Assembly (NCBI RefSeq): GCF_947568905.1
Contig: NC_079170.1
Span: 74,400,001 to 74,464,000, forward strand
Length of the DNA stretch: 64,000 nt
Reading direction: 5' to 3'
From: Ostrea edulis
Lineage: Eukaryota
Below, piece after piece: positions 49,116 to 58,800 of this stretch. The notes beneath the pieces were generated by a model. The model saw only the letters and a program-made list of their open reading frames with translations. It was not told the DNA's origin and did no database searches. The translations under genes were made by a program, and so were the position numbers. How positions within the stretch are numbered: the first letter of the stretch is position 1; each line of letters starts with the position of its first letter.

Positions 49116-49612
49116 TCCACTTTTTGGCACGCTGTTTTTGGCTATATTTAGCTCTAAAGCTTCATAGTTATTTCGGATTTCAAACATATCGGTTGAGCAT
49201 CACCGAAGAGACATTATTTGTCGAAATGCGCATCTGGTGCATCAAAATTGGTACCGTATAAGTTTTACATTATGACACCTGGGTCGAGGCCTCTGCTGGT
49301 GGACTGTTAGTCCCCGAGGGTCTCTACAGCCCAGTAGCTAAGTACTTCGTTACTAGCTTGAAAATACGAATGCATATTTAATTGCTGTAATAAAAATTCA
49401 TTTCAAAATTAAGGATTAACTCCCTCACGCATAGCTCTTATCCTTGGACGAATTTGGCTCCACTTTTTGGCACGCTGTTTTTGGCTATATTTAGCTCTAA
49501 AACTTCCTAGTTATTTCGGATTTCAAACATTTGGGTTGAGCATCACTGAAGAGACATTATTTGTCAAATGCGCATCTGGTGTATCAAAATTGGTACCGTA
49601 TAAGGTTTACAT
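49116..49612 (+). mobile_element. Hammerhead tandem repeat copy with both cores mutated
   Basis: Core 1 reads CCGAAGA at 49203; core 2 at 49546 lacks the G of GAAA; ends GTATAAGGTTTACAT. Confidence 0.85.
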
Positions 49613-49734
49613 ACATATAAACACTCTTAAAGGTCCCTGCATAATTCCTAAATGAGTGCATTATATTGAGTTACATATTAAGTAAGATATAATCAAACTT
49701 ATCAAACATAGAATGTACTTGTTAATCTCTTTAT

Positions 49735-50164
49735 GCAAGGTGAAGATAACGAACAGTGATCAATCTCATAACTCCTATAAGCAATACAAAATAGATAGTT
49801 GGACAAACACGGACCCCTGGACACACCAGAGGTGGGATCAGGTGCCTAGGAGGAGTAAGCATCCCCTGTTGACCGGTCACACCCGTCGTGAGTCCTATAT
49901 CCTGATCAGGTAAACAGAGTTATCCGCAGTCAAAATCAGTGTGCCAAGAACGGCTTAACAATCGGCATGAAACACGCCAGACAGCATTTGACCCAATGCG
50001 AGGTTGTATTGACGAACTAGATCGTTATAACGACCATATAATTTTCGAAATGCTGACTTCAATTAAGACTGTTGAAATTCCTGTACCATCAACTTGTTTG
50101 TCAGTAGCTTACCTCGATTTAAAAACTGACTATACGCAGAACAAGCTCTCGCATATCGAATCAG
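49735..50164 (-). mobile_element. Naiad-type 3'UTR plus RT end, interrupted by the AcademH-like element (resumes 51005-51030)
   Basis: Near-consensus reverse complement of 41020-41449. Confidence 0.85.
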
Positions 50165-51004
50165 CATCTTCACAAGTCAAGGGTTATTGATTCGTTACCT
50201 CGCACTAACCCTTGACATCAGTCGCTATTTAAAAGTTGGGCTCGAGAAGAAAAATGATTGGTTTGCAGCCTGGAGCTGCTAACCAATCAGACAACGGCTT
50301 TTATAATCGGTCGAAACCAAAACTAAACAGTAAACACGCATGGCGACGGCATTATGGTGTAGAATTTGTGGCCAATTAGTACAAGACAGATACCATCGAT
50401 TGATTTTTGGGAGTTCGTTTTGTTTGAAGAAACAATTAGACGAGGTTTTGGGGTATGAGCCGAATGAAAATGATGGATTGTCGAAGTACGTGTGTCGACT
50501 ATGTTTTAACAAATTAAACAAGTTGTCTAAAATTGACTATGAACTATATAATAATATACAACAATTAAAGGACGAAAAATGTGAATTATTGATTACGTTA
50601 CGAAATAATTTAACACGCAATGATGTTGAAAAGTGGGGCGACTATCAGCGTCACTGCATTTCCCCCCAAAATAATGGAAACAACTTCGTAAGGTAGCGAT
50701 TTACCACTGCCGGTTTTAGTCCCAATAAAAACATCTTTTCCTTCTCTGATACATGATATCGAAAGCTTTTGGTTTTCAGTCAAATGATCGATTTGATGTT
50801 TTTCACATCTTTTCATCAACGGACGCCATTTTTTACTTTCTGTTTATTCCCTTACCAAACTTTCATCTGAAACAAGAAATCCCATTGGCTGATTAATTTT
50901 AACGTTTCGCGTCATCCTTTTTCTCGAGCCCAACTTTTAAATAGCGACTGATGTCAAGGGTTAGTGCAAGGTAACGAATCAATAACCCTTGACTTGTGAA
51001 GATG
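50165..51004. mobile_element. AcademH-like DNA transposon, internal-deletion derivative, 840 bp
   Basis: ~93-bp TIRs starting CATCTTCACAAGTCAAGGG; perfect 10-bp TSD ATCGAATCAG 50155-50164 / 51005-51014. Convergent ORF stubs: + Zn finger (CRIC...CRLC) from 50340 and - RecQ-like helicase start (GKDVFIGTKTGSGKSL...LIVAPL) from 50819. Confidence 0.82.
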
Positions 51005-51246
51005 ATCGAATCAGTTGAGATATATAAACATGCCTTGCAGACGTCTAAATCCTCCGTGTGCACGTGATTAACATTGATAAAGAATGGTGTTTTTCATTAT
51101 GGGAATTCATTTCAAAATTTAGGATTATCTCCCTCATGCATAGCTCTTATCCTTGGACGAATTTGGCTCCACTTTTTTTGGCACGCTGTTTTTGGTTATA
51201 TTTAGCTTAAAACTTCATAGTTATTTCGGATTTCCAAACATTTGGG

Positions 51247-51299
51247 TTGAGCATCACTGATGAGACATTATTTGTCGAAATGTGCATCTGGTGCATCAA
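51247..51299 (+). ncRNA. Type I minimal hammerhead ribozyme (predicted cleavage after C51288)
   Basis: TTGAGCATCA-CTGATGA-GACAttattTGTC-GAA-ATGTGCAT-C-TGGTGCATCAA. Confidence 0.82.
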
Positions 51300-51597
51300 C
51301 ATTGGTACCGTATAAGTTTTACATTATGACCCCTGGGTCGAGGCCTCTGCTGGTGGACTGTTAGTCCCCGATGGTCTTTACAGCCCAGTAGCTAAGTACT
51401 TCGTTACTAGCTTGAAAATACGGATGCATATTTAATTGCTGTTATAAAATTTAGAAATTCATTTCAAAATTTAGGATTATCTCCCTCATGCATAGCTCTT
51501 ATCCTTGGACGAATTTGGCTCCACTTTTTTGGTACGCTATTTTTGGCTATATTTAGCTCTAAAACTTCCTAGTTATTTCGGATTTCAAACATTTGGG

Positions 51598-51650
51598 TTG
51601 AGCATCACTGAAGAGACATTATTTGTCGAAATGTGCATCTGGTGCATCAA
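51598..51650 (+). ncRNA. Type I minimal hammerhead ribozyme (predicted cleavage after C51639)
   Basis: TTGAGCATCA-CTGAAGA-GACAttattTGTC-GAA-ATGTGCAT-C-TGGTGCATCAA. Confidence 0.82.
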
Positions 51651-53260
51651 AATTGGTACCGTATAAGTTTTACATACTACAAAAGCCTACGACGTAAGAT
51701 TATTGATAGTGATAAAACTCACAGGCATGATGCGCGTGTATGCATGTGCATTATTTTTATATTTCCCCTTCCCATTGATTTTTTTTAATTTATCTTGTAA
51801 TCAGATATCTAAACTTGTAATGCATCGACATGCTCAACTTTCTTGACAGCGTGTGCATGCACGTGCATGCACTGATATTTGATTAGTTGATACTAAAATG
51901 TTCATAACTGATTTCAAATAATATGTCAGTAATCAATAATCAAATCAATAATATCAAAGATACTGACCAACATAAGATAGTATATTCAGACGCATCTGGT
52001 GCATCAAAATTGGTACCGTATAAGTTTTACATTTCGCTACACAGACTCATGTCTTCAAACCACGTGTAGAAGATAATGACTATCGTTATCTACATCTACA
52101 AATGATACACTATCATCCTGAAAGGTTTCAAATCGATCTTTTCTGTTCTTTATGAGAACATTACCAGAAAAAAAAAATAATGACTAGTACTAATTGCAAT
52201 GGGACCGTTACAGATGTTCCTCAAACATTTCAATATATAACTATTTTATAGCGCTCAGTCCTTTTGATGCTAAAAGTCACAGACATTTGAATATTAACCA
52301 ATCATTAGTTTCTTTTTATGATGTATAGAATGTGTCTTAAAAATGAAATACAACAGGTGCTAGCCTTAGCCTGGTTTAGGTGAAACATCAAAAATTAATA
52401 TCACAGAAAAAATGATAATACAACCGATTGAATTACGTTTCAGCACAATAAATCATTTCGAAAAAAGGCAAAATTCTATCCAAAAGCAAACCAAAATCTT
52501 CAATATACATGTATTAAAATTGTGTTGCCTCTGGTACTGAAATCCATAAACCTCACCAAGTATTTTTTTGTAAATCTCAGAGGTAGGCTCGTTTATTTTT
52601 ATCCGTTTCCTTACGTTCATTGTAATGAACAAGACCATATTTCTTTTATAGATCCTGTTGACTATATTACCACTCAGTCGAACGTCCAACTGGGACTTTA
52701 GATGTTCATGTGTTGAAAATTAAAGAAACTAAAATGATATATTTTGTAAAACTCTTTACTGCCAATACAACCCAGGATCGCAGCTAGATGAGTTCGATGT
52801 GGAGTCTTGAAATGTCCCAAGACGAAGCCCTGGTATGTTTAGTAGCATCCTGGAAACATGAAATTCATATTTTGGTCCGATCATTCCCATGCAATTCCAT
52901 GCTATTAATATTATAGTGAAATCAGAAACCTTGTTTTTATTCATCATCTAAGGGATCGGTCAATATTTATTGGGGGATTGCAAAATGCAATAGGACACAT
53001 ATTTATTTTTACTTGCATACTGATAGTACTCCAACTTTTTTTTATTTTCAACACTGATAGGACAGCTATATATTTTTTTGGGCAAATGCATCAATGAACA
53101 AAAAATATCATAAGGTATTTCAAACTTTTAATTGAACTATTTTAAAACAATAATACTTAATTGTGTGCATGCTTTATTTCATGTCCAAATTAAATTTACT
53201 AAAAAAAAATTTGCAGTAAAATACTAGCACTTGAATTTTTTAAATATAAAAACATGTAAT

Positions 53261-53792
53261 GAAAGGTGAAGATAACGAACAGTGATCAATCCCATAACTC
53301 CTACAAGCAATACAAAATAGATAGTTGGGCAAACACGGACCCTTGGACACACCAATGGTGGGATCAGGTGCCTAGGAGGAGTAATGAAAAATCTTTAAAA
53401 AAGTATTCAGCTGTGAATGAAAGTGCAAACATTACGTGTAAGTTTTGCATGGAGTATGGATTTCAATCACAGAAGCTAAAAATAGTATATCATGTTGGTC
53501 ATTATTTGAAAGACACAGACCAGAATGCAATTAAAATTTAAAGACATCTTTAATAATTTTACAACCTATGGATGGGTCAAATGCTGTCTGATTTTGACTG
53601 CGGATAACTCCGTTTACGTGATCAGGATATAGGGCTCACGGCGGGTGTGACCGGTCAACAGGGGATGCTTACTTCTCCTAGGCACCTGATACCACCTCTT
53701 GTGTGTCCAGGGGTCCATGTTTGCCCAACTCTCTATTTTGCATTGCTTATAGGAGTTATGAAATTGATCACTGTTCGTTATCTTCACCTTTC
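53261..53792. mobile_element. Inverted pair of Naiad-type 3'UTRs (- 53261-53382, + 53565-53792)
   Basis: Both match the family UTR; 3' ends point outward. Confidence 0.8.
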
Positions 53793-54375
53793 GTGGAGAA
53801 TACTGAGATGTGAAAAATAATTCAACATGAGACAACAATTCAGTAAAACAGTAATTGAAAAATAAGGACTTTAAACAACAATTTAACCAAAAAAAAAGAT
53901 GAAAATAATGAGATTTCTAGACAAATAACCGAACAAACATGACAAAGTAACAAAACTTTTTCAGGAGCTTAAATCCCTCAGCTGATATAACTGGAGATAC
54001 AATTATGAAGAACACTAGAGGTTTTTAAAATNNNNNNNNNNNNNNNNNNNNNNNNNNNNNNNNNNNNNNNNNNNNNNNNNNNNNNNNNNNNNNNNNNNNN
54101 NNNNNNNNNNNNNNNNNNNNNNNNNNNNNNNNNNNNNNNNNNNNNNNNNNNNNNNNNNNNTTAATTGAACATCTAATATAGGACAGGGACTTTTTTGTAT
54201 TTTTAAAAGATAGGAGATGGGTCTTTTTTAAAATGGAAATGTGAAATGCACCGTTCCCAACCCCGCAATAAATATTGACCGATCCCTGAATCATTGATTT
54301 GGATTGGAGACTATGAGATGGTATAACATACAGTGCATTAAGGTATGCTAAGCGAATGCAATTCCGCGGCGAATA

Positions 54376-54491
54376 ATTTGCACATTAATTGCACAACAGA
54401 AGATTTGTATATTGATTATGATATGAAAAATATATATAAAAGGACATATACATCTAACAGATGACTTTGAAATAACCTTGAATACGGTAAG
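54376..54491 (+). promoter_or_regulatory. Putative core promoter and non-coding first exon of ApeC C
   Basis: ATTTGCAC 54376-54383, TATAAAAG 54435-54442 and donor G|GTAAG at 54487. Acceptor ATTTTCAG ends at 55818. Alignable to the gene A promoter. Confidence 0.5.
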
Positions 54492-54966
54492 CTTTAAAAG
54501 TATAGATTAGAACGGTATTAGATTGGTCTGTGTTATCCCCGGTGTTCGTCTTAAACGTGTTTCTGTTTATTTCGTTATTTATATGTTAATTCGTCCGCTC
54601 CATTTATAAATATGCTGTCTACTGCGGTGCTATATATTTAAATCCAAAGTTAATGGCATATTCACCGGGTAGATACACTAAAAGGTAGCACCCTCTCATG
54701 ACGTACATTATGTGATATAACATCGAAATCTGATGCTAGTTTGTTCTTCAAATGTTTCTAAAAATAAGTATTCACCAGAGAGGTACTGTATTACCCCGTC
54801 TTCATGGCATGTGTTATGTACTTTGATATTCAATTGTAAAATTGGAACATGTTCTAAGTATAGAAACTGTAAGACATTTATTTAACTTCCTGTAGGTAAA
54901 TCCAATTTGATTGCAATCGTGATATTACATAACATGAACAAACTCTAATTATCCAATAAGTCAAAA

Positions 54967-55395
54967 TGAAAAGTGAAGATAATGAACAGTGATCAATATC
55001 ATAACTCCTATAAGTAATACAAAATAGATAGTTAGTCAAACACGGACCTCTGGACACACCAGAGATGGGATCAGGTACCTAGGAGGAGCAAGCATCCCCT
55101 GTATAATATTTCACATTACCCGATAACATTGTTCCTTTGTTTACATGTTATGGTCTGATAGTTATTGAGTGTGGTGTTATGGAGTCATGACCAGGTACTT
55201 AACTCTTAACTCTTTGTCGCACGAAAATACATGCCAGTGAGTTAGAGGGCTCAAATATTGTTTATAATTAATGAATTTTATTTGAAAAACAAGCATCTGT
55301 TATATTCATGAAACCTTGTTTGCCCAACTTTCTGTTTTTTTATCCCTTAGAAGACTTATGAGATTGATCGCTGTTCGGTATTTTCACTTTTCATA
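54967..55395. mobile_element. Inverted pair of Naiad-type 3' fragments (- 54967-55103, + 55315-55395) in the gene C 5'UTR intron
   Basis: Family UTR matches, 3' ends outward. Confidence 0.68.
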
Positions 55396-55843
55396 TACAC
55401 ATTTGGCAATATTTTTATCTTTCAAATGTGCATCAGTACGTCTGGCATGTTCCAATCTCTGTGATAATCCTATTTTCATTTTTTAAAAATTCTATATAGG
55501 AGTAATTAAATTGAATATTTTCATCTTGAAATTGCAAAATGGCAAACGAAGAGAAAATACTCCAAACAATGACGATATGATGAATATGGAATTCTCGTAA
55601 TTTGCGTTTTGGTCCTTTATATTATTCAGACTTTACAACTGCTTGACGTGTAAAACATGATTACCATTGCCAATCATGATTTTTTAATGGCGCAAGATAT
55701 ATATAGACCTGTTTATTAAATAGAGTATTTTGTATATTATATGGACCTTCATTTGCTTTCGTAGGTAATACATTTGTTAGTTTAAAAAAATCCAAACTGA
55801 AACTGATTGCATTTTCAGGATCAAGATTGGTCATTATCAGAAA

Positions 55844-58800
55844 ATGGGCGGTTCCACATTTAGAGATGCAATTTTCTTACTCAGCTTTGCTTCTGTCATC
55901 TCAGCAGGTATGGTGTTTTTGTTAATATCGAATCAACAAATCAACAAATCTTATCAAATATTGCATTATGAAATTATTATGTTATAATATTATTCTTAAT
56001 TTTGTGTTCATTATAGCAATATGTAGATATTGATCCCTATCCATTATCTTCACCTTTTCCCAGTTCCTTACTGACAATATTATATTGAATCGTTGAAGTA
56101 CTTAATTGACTTGTTAACATACTGTTTAACCTTTTAGTAACGCCAAAGAATATTTCCCTGATTTCAGCTTATTTAAGTTTTTGCTTTTGTTTTAATTAGA
56201 TGAGCGTTCCGCAAATTTTATCGTTGCTATACTGATCTTATTATACAACATGTACTTAGATACTGTTTCTTTGTGCTTCATTCTACGTGTGTAATTGTTG
56301 GGCTGTTCTTTGCATTTTATTTGGACTACCAATCACTCCATTTACTTGATGACGATATAGGGTTCACAGGGGGTGTAGCAGAAAGGTGATGATAACGAAC
56401 AGTTATCAATCTCATAACTCCTATAAGCAATACAAAATAGATGGTTGCGCACACACGGACCCCTGGACACACCAGAGGTGGGATCAGGTGCCCAGGATGA
56501 GTACGGATCCACTGTCGACCGGTCACATCCGCCGTGAGCCCTATATCCTCATCAGGTAAACGGAGTTATTCGTAGTCAAAATCAGTGTGTCAAGCTTGCT
56601 TTTCTTTGGCACCCCGTCCCTGCGGATTCCAGGACAGCGTGTTTGACATATTTTTACTTTAGAGGACTTTTGCAAGAGATGATACAATTAATCAAGCTGT
56701 TTCCATTTCTATAATGATTAACGCTGTCAGAGGTGAAAAGAAAAAAGGGTATCTTATGAGATAGGGGACATAGTGGACATCAATTTACTTTTATGTTCCA
56801 TCTACAAGCGTGCATAACATATTACAAAGCCTCCGGTAGGTCTCTTAAAACGATGTTCAGATCTCAGTATTCCATCCCTAGTATTAGTGATATCTATGTG
56901 ATAGCATCTATTGTAGGCAATGTATGTATGCGATATCTTATTCATTACAATTTTACTGAAATTATTTAAAATATTTGAATGAAAAACATCTGCTTATATA
57001 TTTGCATTCAGTGAAATGGCCAGAGGGAACATACTCATTAGTCAAGCCAAAGGCCGGATGTCCCTCTAGGTGGTTGGAGGGATGGAGATACCAGGATAAT
57101 GAAGATGTTAATAACCGAAACATTCTAGGAAACGGGCATCATTTCTTTGGTAAATAATCACGATATCTGAATAAGATAGGATATACTTTTATACTGCGTC
57201 ATTGGACGGATATACCGTGCTGTTTTCAAACACCATGACAAAACAAAAACAACCCTCATGCTCCCAAATACATCACATACAAGCTATGCCCCTGCTACGG
57301 ATAGTGTGAACTCAAAATAAGATACTCTACAGTGTCCTTCGCATTTAATTTGTACTTAGATATATTTTGTTAAATATATACTAACGACAATTGAACAAAT
57401 CAGCTTCATGATTCCAGCTTCTACATCTTGAACTTCCCATATTTACGTAGCTATATTCTTTTATCATCCGCAATTGTGTTTATATGAAGGGTGAATATAA
57501 CGAACAGTGATCAATCTCATAACTCCTACAAGCAATACAAACTAGATAGTTGGGCAAACACGGACCCCTGGATCTCAACCAATTTGATACGCAAGGCCTT
57601 GTTGTGTGTATGATTGGTTTCTAAATCGAGGCAGATTACAGATAAACAAATTGATATTTAGGGATTTCAACATTCTCATTTAAAGAGGCTTGCACCTGAG
57701 ATTTGTAGTAATGTCAATGTTTTGGGAAGTGTAATTTTGATTTCTACATTGAAGGAAAAGTGGGAAATTAAAACAAACTGGGTTCGCAACGCTTGTTATT
57801 GAGCTACATTGTGCTAAACATTACCTTTTGCATTTAAAATGTATTCAACTAAACTCGATGTGTCTGTTGATGTCAACACTGCATAAGCAACACAAATCAT
57901 ATTGTGTAAGAACACTACAGATAAAATAGTTTAACACTAGTAATGGAAATAAATGATGACCTTTTTGGACTTGATATACGAAACAATCATGACATCAAAT
58001 TTAACTTTAAAAGGACACATTAGAAGTAATGTCGGTTTCGAAAATTTAGCATAATTTTCAAGGCCTTGTCTTGAAATTGAAAATGGAACTTAAAAAGTGT
58101 GAGTCAAAGACCATATCTTTAAACTATTGACGAAAATACTCAATTTTTATGTAAAAATTTGAGTAGATTAATTGAAAATCTTTGAATAATCGGTGTTTTG
58201 TTTGCAAAACATATAGCAAAGAAATTAATGAATTACAACATTACAACAATTGAACTGGTTCTAAGTCTCAAGTACTCGTATCATAAATTATAAAACTGAA
58301 ATACACGTATAGGAGTATAAAATAGAAGTTGTAGGGATGAAACAGAAACTGTAATATACCGCAGATTAAACTTTATTTGGTTTATCAGTCCTTCCACTAC
58401 AGGATGCCAATCCCGCCAAACCCTTTTAAAATTTGAATTGACCCTTTTTTCAAGTGCATAGGGCTCTTTAAGGAAGTTAGCTCTTGAGCTTTTGAGCAAT
58501 TTCGGTCTGATAAAATGTTATTCGGTCGAGTAATATTGAACCAATTGTCCAGTAAGTACCAGAGGAACTTTTGATGCACTGCGCCAGTGGGGGATTTAGA
58601 GGGGGGGGGTCCAACAGTCCTCCTACCTTTCGCCACAAATTCAAAAATAATGCAAGTAAAAACTCACGACTTCTCACCCAAAATGGCTGAGTATTTTGGA
58701 TAAAACTTTACTTTCACCCCCCCCCCCGTCGGAAATCCTAAATCCGTCACTAATTTGACATCGAAGAAAACGGGAACGTGATTAATTAAAGTAATTTCAT

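Larger units (their letters stand above)
51103..51675 (+). mobile_element. Hammerhead tandem repeat, 351-bp period, both cores intact
   Basis: CTGATGA at 51257 and CTGAAGA at 51608, each with GACA/TGTC stem II, GAAA, ATGTGCAT stem III and AUC; ends GTATAAGTTTTACAT at 51675. A 3' stub also lies at 51991-52032. Confidence 0.9.

Noticed and set aside
50340-50819. Host zinc-finger or helicase genes
   Set aside because: Both are truncated stubs enclosed by TIRs and a TSD, so they are transposon-derived.
51853-51872. Perfect 20-bp palindrome GTGCATGCACGTGCATGCAC
   Set aside because: A doubled 10-mer in low-complexity TGCA-rich sequence; no supporting context.
7108-54160. Two N runs of identical length (129 nt; 7108-7236 and 54032-54160)
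   Set aside because: Assembly gaps or masking, not biology; the X-rich ORFs spanning them are meaningless.
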